Assembly (NCBI RefSeq): GCF_001194135.2 | Contig: NC_068982.1 | Coordinates: 68,343,474 to 68,407,473 of the forward strand | Direction of reading: 5' to 3' | Source of the DNA: Octopus bimaculoides | Taxonomy: Eukaryota | DNA: 64,000 nt | Shown here: piece after piece, positions 52,707 through 64,000 of the stretch | Position numbering within the stretch: the first letter of the stretch is position 1 | How the letters are laid out: each line of letters begins with the position of its first letter | The notes under the pieces: generated by a model | Databases searched by the model: none | The model's input: the letters and a program-made list of their open reading frames with translations, nothing else | Told to the model about the DNA's origin: nothing | Translations under genes and position numbers: made by a program

Positions 52707-53385
52707 NNNNNNNNNNNNNNNNNNNNNNNNNNNNNNNNNNNNNNNNNNNNNNNNNNNNNNNNNNNNNNNNNNNNNNNNNNNNNNNNNNNNNNNNNNNNNN
52801 NNNNNNNNNNNNNNNNNNNNNNNNNNNNNNNNNNNNNNNNNNNNNNNNNNNNNNNNNNNNNNNNNNNNNNNNNNNNNNNNNNNNNNNNNNNNNNNNNNNN
52901 NNNNNNNNNNNNNNNNNNNNNNNNNNNNNNNNNNNNNNNNNNNNNNNNNNNNNNNNNNNNNNNNNNNNNNNNNNNNNNNNNNNNNNNNNNNNNNNNNNNN
53001 NNNNNNNNNNNNNNNNNNNNNNNNNNNNNNNNNNNNNNNNNNNNNNNNNNNNNNNNNNNNNNNNNNNNNNNNNNNNNNNNNNNNNNNNNNNNNNNNNNNN
53101 NNNNNNNNNNNNNNNNNNNNNNNNNNNNNNNNNNNNNNNNNNNNNNNNNNNNNNNNNNNNNNNNNNNNNNNNNNNNNNNNNNNNNNNNNNNNNNNNNNNN
53201 NNNNNNNNNNNNNNNNNNNNNNNNNNNNNNNNNNNNNNNNNNNNNNNNNNNNNNNNNNNNNNNNNNNNNNNNNNNNNNNNNNNNNNNNNNNNNNNNNNNN
53301 NNNNNNNNNNNNNNNNNNNNNNNNNNNNNNNNNNNNNNNNNNNNNNNNNNNNNNNNNNNNNNNNNNNNNNNNNNNNNNNNNNNNN
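52707..53385. other. Assembly gap
   Basis: N run. Confidence 1.
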
Positions 53386-53416
53386 ACAAAATTATAAAGA
53401 AATTGAAACTCAAATA

Positions 53417-53798
53417 CAGGGTGCTCAGGCTAAACTTGACAGTTTGCCTAAAAGAAAAAGAACACCCTATCCAAAAATAAAAGTATTTAAAATTTTTTTT
53501 TAATATCAACTAGATTATGGCTGGGAGATATCTGTTTACTCAAAGTAGCTGCCCCCAGCTTACACCACAGCTTTAAGATGGCTCCAGAACCTGGCACATG
53601 CATTTCTCAGTGTCCTAGGGAAGATCTTCGAACATCTCCTTGATTTTGGACACCAGCTTGGTTTTGGTATTGCAAGCAGAGTGGTCAGTGTCTTTCTCAA
53701 CTGTACCCCACACTCAGTGATCCATAGGATTACTGAGAATTAGGAAATTAGAAATTGGGACTGGTGAAGTCATACAAATTCTTAACCATTTTTGACTC
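53417..53798 (-). mobile_element. Second, truncated copy of the 49641 maT-like element
   Basis: Near-identical to 49641-50025, starting at the same TA-TIR but with different flanks. Confidence 0.9.
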
Positions 53799-55854
53799 AC
53801 AAAGAAAAAAAAACAGCCCCACCACCACCATCAACTCACCAACAAATCTGTAGCCTTTTACGACCTACAATTGCAAGAAATACAAATATCACATCACAAA
53901 AAAATAACAAACAACAAATGAAGAAGCCAGAAAAACACTACGCAATCAATCTTACATTATAAAAGAGAAGTTGATCTGTCTTTCTGTCCATCATAACATT
54001 TATTAGAGAGAAGGGAAAAAATTAAAAGGGGAGATAACACCTTTCACAACATATATTTAAAAGAAGGAGAGGGGGAAAAGTTGTTGGGAGAGAAAAACGA
54101 TAAGAGTGTGTGTGTGTGAAAGACAGAGATAAAAAGTGTTGTCACCATAGTAACTAACAAGTTTTGATTAAAAACGTGGAAATTTTAAGAGTAAGTCTGT
54201 CAACACAACACAATGCAGACATCAAAAAATAACTATATGTATATATAGAATACATATAGTTATCTTTTTGGCTGTGTGTGTGTGCATATGCATCTGTATG
54301 TCTTTGAACATATAGACAACATAACAGACTTTTAAAAAAGACATTCACTATAATGACAGGTTGTTGTTGTTGTTGAGAGAGAAATGCAGTGAGAGAGAGA
54401 GAGTGAGTGAGAGCATGTGAAAGATAGAATTAAAATTTGTTTCAAGAAAATAAAAACAGGTTGTTGTAAAGTATATCAATGATCATGGTAGTAGGCGTCT
54501 TTTGAAGGATCTATCTCATCTTACCAGCAGCATAGCAGCATTACCCGGCAGCAGGTAATGACTAGTAAGCTTAAAAAGCCAACCAATGAACAAGCACAAG
54601 CACTAGACCACACACCAAAGAATATAAATATATCACCAATACCAAGTTCTAACAGTTCTCACCTGAGGATAGTAGTAGCATGAAACTTGAGTTACAAAGC
54701 AAACTCTCATTTTCAATGGAAAAAGAACCTAGACCCTCTAAAATGTGTATTTAAGCATTCTTCTCTCATTCATCTGGCATAAACTAATGTGTGTGTGTGT
54801 GTGTGGTCAAGTGGTCAGAGTGCTGGAATTATGATCATAAAATTGTGGGTTCAATTCCTAGACTAGGTAACACATTGTGTTCTTGAGTCAGACACTTCCT
54901 TTCACATTACTCCAATCTACACAGCTGAAAATGAATATCAGATATCAAGGTTTTTGCTTTCTGTTGTTTCCTTAGTTTATTCAAAATATGAAATTGTAAA
55001 TAATAGACAATGGAAAAAACATCTTACAAGAAGGCATTGCTATGTGGTTAGGAAGCTCACTCAACTTTCATGTGATTTCAGGTTCAGTTCCACAGTCCAG
55101 CACTTTGAGCAAGTGTCTTCTATAATGCCTTGTGAGTGAATTTGGGAGACAAAAACTGCATGAAAGTATATAATACATAAGAAAGAGAGATTACAAAGGA
55201 ATAAATGATTATCTTATGAACTTGTATGCATCCCCTGCCACTGCTTGAGAACCAGTGGTGATGTGTTTACATCCCTGTAACTTAGCAGTTCAGAAAAAGA
55301 AACCAATAGAATAAGTACCAGGCTTTAAAAATAACTACTGAGGGTCGATTCATTTGACTAAAATTCTTCAAGGTGGTACCTCAGCATAGAGATAAGGGAC
55401 ACAGCTACAGGCTGAAAAGATAAGAGACACAGCGACAGGTTGAAAAACCCAAATGGAGAATCAGCCATGATTCACAGAGTTCCTGGGTTTCCCTTGTATA
55501 ATGAGTTTAGTAAATTCCAAACACAGAGAGGTGAAGGTGGCATTATAGCTTAAGAGGTGAGACATGGGTTTCAGGATGCCTGGGACATTATCATGGACAC
55601 CCAATGAGTGTTCTCAGAAACAATCACCCACAGTGCTTGTGTCAGGATATTCAGCTCCCTAAAATGTGCACCCACTTCTCTCAGACCTACAATGTACTCT
55701 TCTCTCACCCCAACTGAACACTCGACCTTCTTGTCTCCAATGACCTACCCTAACTGACAATACAGCCCCCTTCTCTTCAGCACCTCATTCCAACACTCCT
55801 TCCATTCTCTTATGTTCCAAGAGTGGTCATTCCTTCTCTCTTTCTTATCTTACT

Positions 55855-55864
55855 NNNNNNNNNN
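55855..55864. other. Assembly gap
   Basis: N run. Confidence 1.
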
Positions 55865-56708
55865 GGGGGGGGTTGGCTCTTTTTTTTAATCAAAGAATTT
55901 TGTTTTGATTTTTCAGAATTTGTGCAGCACACTCACATGTTAACACCCAAAGCAATAACCTTGGGAACCTGTGTGTAGCACCAGCCCTGATCATTCAGAA
56001 AATGACTTGCACAGTTAATAAGCTCACATCACAACTACATAGTTTTCGGTTCAGTTCCACTGCATCTTCCACAATAGCCCCAGACAAAGCAATGAGACAA
56101 TATGACAGATGGAAACTGTATGGAAGCCATTGACTATATAGGTGTGCATCAGTTTTCTGCCCTCGCTGCTTAACAACTGGTGTTAGTTTATTTACATTCC
56201 CATAACTTAGCAGTTCAGCAAAACAGACAGGTAAAATAAGAACTAGATTTGAATTTGTGTCAATTTGTTTGACTACACTCTTCAAGTCATTGCCACAGTA
56301 TGGCTGCACTCCAATGACTGAAACAAGTAAAAAGATTATGAAATGCAGTCATCAGTGTGGTTTTATAAAAGGATATATAAAAGCTGTACATTATATAGTA
56401 ATATCAACAATTATTCTTTCCCCCTTTTCATAAATTATTCAGAATAATCTCAAAATTCTATTATTCTAACTGGAGTTACAGCGCGATATTATTTTAATGG
56501 AAGGGAGATAACTCTGAGCAAGCAACTAGAATTTCTTACGGCGAATCAGTTTTGAATTTTGAACTATTCTTTTACTTGTTTGTCATTTGACTGCGGCCAA
56601 GCTGGAACACCGCCTTTAGTCGAACAAATCAACCTCAGAACTCTTTCTAAGCCCAGTACTTATTCTAACGGTCCTTTTGCCGAACTGCTAAGTTACGGGA
56701 TTGTCACG

Positions 56709-58700
56709 TCATCATCGTCGTTTAACATCCACTTTCCAGGCTCCAATCTGATCTGACAAGGTTTCTACAGCTGGATGCCCTTCCTAACGCCAACTACTCT
56801 GAGTGAAGCAGGTGCTTTCACGTGCCACTGGCACGAGGGCCAGTCAGGCGGTACTGGCATCGACCACGCTGAATGGTGCTTTTTACATGGGAATTAGGCA
56901 CTGGCACTGGCACTGGCAACGACCACGCTCCGCACAGTTCTGTCACGTGGTACTGGCATTGGCCACAACAATGACTTCACTTGACTCAACAGGTTTTCTC
57001 AAGCACAGTTTATTTGCCATGTAGCATGGCTGTTCGCACACATGCGTCATACAGTCTACCTTTTACTCTGAGTGAGAGGCCCTTTGTCACCAATAGAGGC
57101 AGGAGCTCTCTGAACTTTGCCCAGGCTATTCTTATTCAAGCAGCTACACTCTCAGAGCATCCACCCCCACTACTGACTTGGTTACCTAGGTAAAGGAAGC
57201 TATCACCAAGGTAACAGAAGCTGCAGTGATTCCTGATGGGCCGAGGGCTTTCCCTGTCTTATATTCTTAATTGCTTTATCTACCAAGGTACTGTCAATTC
57301 AGATAGCTAGTCCCTCTGTTGGGTCGACATTTGGCAGACTCTCTTTCTCCCATTCATTCTCTTTATTTAGCAACCTTTCATAGTGGCGTCTCCAAGTCTC
57401 TCTCTTTGCAGCCTCATTAAATGCAAGTGAGCCATCATCCATGCGAAACATTTCTCTCCTATGACATCACGATATGAAATACTTCAAGTCTTTGGTCCTC
57501 ACAACGCAGAACATTGGCAAATTTTTTTTCTTATCTGCTTCCCCTCTGGCTAAGTAAACTTGTCTCCTAGCCTCCCTTCTGGCAATCTGATACAATTCTC
57601 TTCTACCGCCGTTCTTCCAGTCCTTCCATGCCTGTTTCTTTTCCCTAATGGCCCTGTCAACTAAATTGTTCCAGCACCACATTACCTTGGGTCGAGAGGG
57701 GACTTTGCACCATCCATAGATCTGGTCAGTAGCCCTCAACAGGTTGTCCCATAGGAACCTCCAGTTGTCTTCCACATCATGTGATACTATATCCTCTTCT
57801 ATTTTGTCAAACGCTTTAAGTAGTACGTCTCTAAATCTTTGTCCATTCACAGGATCCTTAAGCTTCCAAACCCTTCCTTTCTATGTTGGTCGTCTTCTGG
57901 GCATCCATTTAGCCCTGATCCTGAAGTCACTAATTACTAACCTATGTTGCGGGGTGCATTCTTCACCTCGGAAGGTTTTGGCATTTATAAGCAGCCATCT
58001 TTCTTGTATCCTGGAGAGGATGTAGTCAATTTGACTAGTGTATCCACCAGACCAGTAGGTGAATAGGTAACTGGCAAGTTTCCTGAAGTTAGTATTACAA
58101 ACCATAAGATCATTTGCATCGCAGAACTCCAGCAGCCTGATTCCCTCCTCATTGCAGGAACCAAAACCATAGCCACCATGTAAGTCATGGAAGCCCCCTG
58201 CATGTTGTCCAACATGCCCATTGAAGTTGCCAGCCACAAAGAGAAGGTCCCTGTCATTCGCTGATGAGGTAGTCTGCAAGAGGGTGTCATAAAATCAATT
58301 TTTCTCTTCATCAGGTAGCCCTGGCTGGGGAGCATAAGCCAAGATAATGGTTGCTAATCCATGTTGCAGCACTAATCTAAGCTTAGGTATTCTACCACAG
58401 ACTCTGACTACCTCGATTATCTTATCAACCCATTTCTCCACAAGAAGTATACCCACGCCCCCAACCCCATCAGTGTTCCCTACCCAGAAAATCTTATACC
58501 TATGTTCTTTGCCTGTGAGGAACCTAGCAGAACTTCCTCTCCACCTTACTTCTTGGATGCAGCACAAATCTACCCATCTCCGTTTAAGCATCTCAACAAT
58601 CTCACCAGACCTATCTTTCAATGTGCCAACATTAAGTGTGCCAATCTGAGGGTGTGGGCCTGCAAGACCCTGGGATGGGGGACAGCAGTGTCATGTACCT
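56709..58700 (-). mobile_element. RTE-clade LINE retaining the APE endonuclease and 3' end, with the RT core deleted
   Basis: Endonuclease motifs VDLCCIQEVRWRG, GVGGVGILL, AYAPQ, AGNFNGHVG and SQIDYIL. The linker up to GK.LGPSGITA is joined directly to DSFLYLGNQVSSGGGC. GAT tail present. Confidence 0.92.
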
Positions 58701-59108
58701 GAAAAGAAAGCTCGTATTTTGCAGAACTCATAAACAAACAATAGCCTTCAACCTGCATACGCTACACCATTTTATGTGCTACATAATCACTACATTGCAT
58801 AGGAGAATAATCCTAAGCAGGGATGGGGGAGCATTAAGTCTTTGGAGGTGTTCAGGGGAAAGACATCCGATAGAGGTCAGAGGATAAAGACTTCCGGTAC
58901 ATGTGGTGGGGGTGAGAAGGGCAGGAGCACTGCGAAACAGCAAAAACTCAAGCCGGTATGAAGGAATAGTAATAATAATAAGAGATAATTGGGTATTTGC
59001 ATTCTTAACTAGAACTGTAACCAAACTGTGACAAAATTAGATAAATGACTGAATAAATGACAATAATAAATGAGCATGAAAGACACACAAATACACACAC
59101 ACACACAC

Positions 59109-59152
<44 letters not shown>

Positions 59153-60086
59153 TACACAACAGGCTTCTTTCAGTTTCCATCTACCAGATCCACTCACAAG
59201 GCTATAGAAGAAGACACTTGCCCAAGGTACCGTGCAGCCACTCTCATCAACGTCGTTGTTGCTGTTTTAATGTCATCGTTTTCATGCTTACATGGGTTGG
59301 ACGAAATTCATTGAAGCAGACTTTCTATGGCCAGATACTCTCCCTGTCAGCAGCCTACACCTGTTTCTTAGCAAGGTAATATTTCCCCATGACCAGACTT
59401 ATTTTCAAAGATTGGAAATAAATAATACTGTTTGTGTAACAGTGATACTCGTAACCATCACACCATGTCAAGACAAGGGGACACTAATGTACCCTACCCA
59501 TGCAGACACACACACATACGGTGGACTCCCTTCAGTTTCCATTTACAAGGCTTTGATCAGTCTAAAGTAAGCGAATCTTGCTGCAGGTGCCAGGCAATGA
59601 AACCACACAACTGGGAAGCAAACCTCTTAAGCTCCCACCCATGCCTGTGCTTATGGATATGAATTAAAAAGAAAACTTAAAATTGCCAAGCTCTATAAGC
59701 TAAAAATGGTGAGTTCAAGTCATGCTTTGTCTGAAGAAATTACTTTGTCTTATCCTGACAGAACCTAAAGTGGTTTTGAATGTGGGTTCCATGTGAGCCA
59801 ATTCCATGATATTTATCAAACACAGATTTCCAGTAACAGATGTGAACCTCCCTCGTCCACAAAGAATTTCCACCATTAATAATGTTGGGAGCAGTGAGTT
59901 GCTTCAGCAGAAATATTTACAAGTGAAAATGGTTTAAAGTTACTTAATAGCATAAATTTGGACTGTTCATTATCAGGTACTGATAATAAATTTTAAAAAT
60001 ATTTTTAGTTAAAATTAAAAACATTTATAAATCATTTAAAATATATGAAATGTTTTGAATGATTTTCAAAACAAAATATTTTTTCT

Positions 60087-60320
60087 TTAGCCTTTTTGTT
60101 ACCATATTTCTGTTGAAATACACTGTTTTAGTTTCAATTCATTTTCAAAACAATGAAGAATTTAGTGGAATACCTGTAATTATTAATCTGATGTTTTGAA
60201 CATTCAGTAGCATGAAATTGTGCTGGAAGGTTTTAATTTAGGCCACTTTAAAACAGGAAATTTGCATCATAGGACCAAGAGCAATGTTAGGCAGCTTGGT
60301 ATTTGTATCAAAAGGGTCAA
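60087..60320. mobile_element. TTAA-type MITE, family 2
   Basis: Termini cctttttgttacc and gtatcaaaaggg. Related copies at about 44661-44868 and 45937-46160 (opposite orientation). Confidence 0.65.
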
Positions 60321-61025
60321 ATTCTTTAATGCCAATGAGACAGATTACTCGGTATGTTTTATCATTAATGAAAAATTGGTACTAATTTTGCTTTTGTACC
60401 TTCACTGGCTTCAGTCATTAGCAGTTGCCATGCTCTGATATTAACTCCAATGTGAGGCTGAGGCATGAATTATAACAGTACATATATATCAGTACTTTTC
60501 TAATAACCTTGAAAGAATAATAAAAAGCAATCAACTTTGATGGGCTTTGAACTCACAACATAAAAAGACATAATCATAAACCCACAGGGTATGTTGCTCC
60601 AAACTCCCATCTTTCAACTACAAAATAATCAGAAATATACAAAGACAAAATGTGACTTTTCACTCTGAAAATACAGAGCAAAGATCAAAGAAAATTTTAC
60701 ATTAGTTTTACTTTCTCTTTTTCCAAAATTTGAGAGAAAATGGAAGAAATTAAGAATTCTTTTTCAGAAAAGTTGAAGTGAAATTATAAAGTAAAATCTT
60801 TTTAAGCAACATTTTCTCAATGATTATCAATGTAAAATATGTTTAAAAGGATTTCCTCAGTCAGGAAAAAGTTATTTTTACATCAAAATTTTCATGTTTG
60901 CATGGGTTAAAGAGGTATTCTTTGTATAGCACCTTACCATTTGTTGCAATTCTTTATCATTTCTTTCATTAGTACAGATTCTTTAGATCATCTTTCATTA
61001 TTTCCCATGTCTACCTCTTTGACAG

Positions 61026-61389
61026 TGGAGGCACAATGGCCCAGTGGTTAGGGCAGCAGACTTACGGTTTCGATTCCCAGACTAGGCATTGTGAGTGTTT
61101 ATTGAGCGAAAACATCTAAAAGCTCCACAAGGCTCTGGCAGGGGATGGTGGCGAACCCTGCTGTACTCTTTCACCACAACTTTCTCTCAATCTTTCTTCC
61201 TGTTTCTGTTGTATCTGTAATTCAAAGGACCAGCCTTGTCACACTGAATATCCCCGAGAACTACGTTAAGGGTACATGTGTCTGTGGAGTGCTCAGCCAC
61301 TTGCACGTTAATTTCACGAGCAGGCTGTTCTGTTGATTGGATCAACTGGAACCCTCGACATCATAAGCGACGGAGTGCCAACAACAACA
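61026..61389 (+). mobile_element. tRNA-headed SINE, type A, with a 13-bp TSD
   Basis: TSD acctctttgacag at 61013-61025 and 61390-61402. Confidence 0.93.
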
Positions 61390-62249
61390 ACCTCTTTGAC
61401 AGGTTCCTTCAACTAGGCTTACTTAGCAATTTTTTTAAAACCCAATAATCATTAATTATGCTCATCACACCCATTATCAGTCTAATCTTCTTGTATCAGT
61501 CTAATCTGATCATTCTTATACTATGCTACTTTTCTCAAAGCACATTTGTACTCCGTCATTCATTCCCGCTAACAGTACACATCTAGAAGAGGATGCTTAC
61601 TTCAACTATCTCCAGTCTCTTTAAGCCAATATCCATGTTTTACTACCATGCAACATTGCACTTCATACATAGGCATCGTACAATCTGCTTGCTAGCTCTG
61701 AGCAAGAATTCCTTTGTTGCCAGTAGAGGTAATAGCTCCCTCAATTTTTACCCCACCGTTCTTACTCTGACATTTTTTTTATCATTGTTTCAGTTATTGT
61801 ACTTCAGTCATGCTAGGGTACTGTCTTGAAAGGTTTAGTCTAACAGACTGACCCCAGTAGTAGTATTGTTTTTTAAGTCTGTTGGTCTCTTTTGCCAAAC
61901 CACTAAGTTATGGGGACATAAACAAACCAACACTTGTCAAGCATGGGAAGCAGGGCAAATACATGCACAATGTGTGTGTGTGTGTGTGTGTGTACATGCA
62001 ACAACTTTCCAAACATTTTCTGTCCACCGAATTCACTTGCAAGGCATTGGTCAGTCCAAAGCTATAGTAGGAGACACTTGCCCAAAGTACCTCACAGTGG
62101 GATTGAATCCAAAACTACATGGTTGCAAAGCAAGCTTCTAATGAAACACCCTGTTATTCCAGTACTACTTAAGTCATCTGAGCATTTGAAATAATTCATT
62201 TCAAAGTTTTATTACTAACTACTGCACAACTACCACATATGAAGTCTCA

Positions 62250-63170
62250 ATGCATCTCTTGTGTAACCACAAATTACTTTGGAGATACATACAGAGTTCC
62301 TACCAATTTCCCTTCTGCATATATGTCATGATCACCTACTTCTCCGATAGCAAGAGAATTCTATCTTTTTTCTTACAAACTAGAACTTTTGTCATTACTC
62401 AGTTTACTTCCCAATTCAAGGCTTTGCTTCCATATTGGAATTTCTTTCTTATTCAACAGATAAGCAATGAAAATCAGGCCATTTTCATGCAGGATTTGTC
62501 ACAAGCAGCAAGTCTCAAACTCTTCTATGGCCTGTAGAACCACAATACATAAGAGAAGACTCAGAACTGAGCCCTGATGAACACTTGCTCGCATGTTAAA
62601 TTCTTCACTGAACTCATAGCTCTCCCCTTGACTTGTTCCATATAAAGATTTGGTCTGTGGCTCACAATAAGATGTCTCATAGAAAATCCCAGCAGTCCCT
62701 TACATTGTAAGTCTGTTTCCAAACTTACATCTGGCCAAGTAGTCTTTCTGCTCCTATACTATTCCATATTGTGTCCGTGTCCATCTAGTTCATATCCTGA
62801 TGCCATTGGTCTATAATGAGAGGTACATTCTTCACCAAAGAAGGAATTCATATTCACAAGCAATTGTCTATCCTGTTTCTTGATCAATATGAAGCCTATC
62901 TGGATTGTATGTTCACCAGATCAAATGTTTAGCCAATTTCCTGAAGCTGATATACCAACTGGTTAAGCCACTTGCATACAAAACTCTAAGAGCCTTGACC
63001 CTTCCTTATTCTTCATACCATATTCACAGCCTCTAGATAAAGTAAAGAAGCAATAATGATATTGCCTAACATGTCAATTAATGTAACAATTCATGATGAC
63101 AAGGCCACCACCATCAAATGTTATCAAAGTCATCTGCAAGAATAGAAACAGACCTTTTGCTCATCTGTCA
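62250..63170 (-). mobile_element. Old, decayed RTE RT-domain fragment
   Basis: Translates to VHQGSVLSLLLCIVVLQAIEEF..WKQSLE, with stops. Confidence 0.7.
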
Positions 63171-63477
63171 GTCCTGGTTTTAACACATGCAAAGTTGTTG
63201 TTGCAGTCCTAGTCAGTGTGGAGTTGTCACCTTCCTGATGCTAATAATTTTTTAAATGATTTCTGCATCTTAATTTTAGTATGATGATGAAATGCATCAT
63301 TTCACATCTGCCTTCCAATGCTGCCATGGTTAGGATACTAAAAGTAAAACAAAGACATCAGTCAAATAAATCCCAAGTTCCAATTTGGAAAAAAAGACTG
63401 ATACCTACATCCAAAAAAAATATTTTTCAATGTCGTGAAACCCAGCTAAACCAACCAATGAATTTGTAGATGATTTG

Positions 63478-63645
63478 CTACACTCTTGGAGTGGGTGGCG
63501 TTAGGAAGGGCATCCAGTTGTAGAAACTCTGCCAAATCAGATTGGAGCCTGGTACCACTTCCTGGTCCACCAGTCCTCAGTCAAATCGTCCAACCCATGC
63601 TAGCATGGAAAGCAGACGTTAAACGACGATGATGATGATGATGAT
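63478..63645 (+). mobile_element. Young RTE 3' tail
   Basis: Tail consensus ending in (GAT)n. Further decayed tails occur near 25150, 32960 and 50545. Confidence 0.88.
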
Positions 63646-64000
63646 TGCAAAGGTTTATCAGTTGAGTTCTCACACAAAATATTTCGGATGGAAATATGGT
63701 GATGAGATATCTTGATAAATTTATTGTAACTCTATGCTTGTTAACTTAAAAGTATATTTGCTGCAAGAAACACATAAATTTTAGACACTGCACTTATTAC
63801 AAAAACAAAGTAAATTTTGAAAATAAAAAATAAGAGCATATATATGCATATCATCTTCAAACAATATTTTATAGACATTGACATTTAGCAATACATATAC
63901 ACAAAATTAAAGCTAAATAAATGTACAAGCTTCAAAAGCCAATAAACTTAAGTTAATTACATATATATTTGTTTGAGTCCCCCGCCCCCACCCCTCCCCC

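Noticed and set aside
55390-55445. 28-bp two-copy tandem duplication (a similar one near 16870-16920)
   Set aside because: Real, but an ordinary slippage product.
59700-59930. GC-balanced stretch with open frames of about 40-55 codons on both strands
   Set aside because: No convincing acceptor/donor pair and no recognisable protein.

Overview
AT-rich, repeat-saturated animal genomic DNA with 7 assembly gaps. The repeat families and microsatellite load look like an octopus genome; this is my recollection of these families and was not searched. Only one protein-coding gene is well supported: a TMEM45 (DUF716) family membrane protein at 40268-41149 (+). Its whole CDS is one exon, preceded by a 5'-UTR intron acceptor at 40226/40227. 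The rest is mainly transposon debris: RTE-clade LINE fragments of three families, several modular tRNA-headed SINE families, Tc1/mariner and maT-like transposase relics, TTAA- and TA-flanked MITEs and decayed Penelope-like RT pieces. Almost all other ORFs in the supplied track are microsatellite, gap or antisense-TE artefacts. The most interesting signals are: (1) a 176-bp inverted repeat at 20387-20562 whose two arms each carry a hammerhead-ribozyme motif, with a third copy at 35.1 kb; (2) a tRNA-Lys(TTT) pseudogene with a canonical 19-nt intron; (3) an inverted paralogous exon/donor/intron unit at 49.2 and 54.6 kb; (4) a pre-miRNA-like hairpin at 44954-45023; (5) an RTE copy that lost only its RT core; (6) possible exons of an antisense transcript. 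I see no firm evidence of a wholly new multi-gene system. Coordinates of decayed repeats are approximate.
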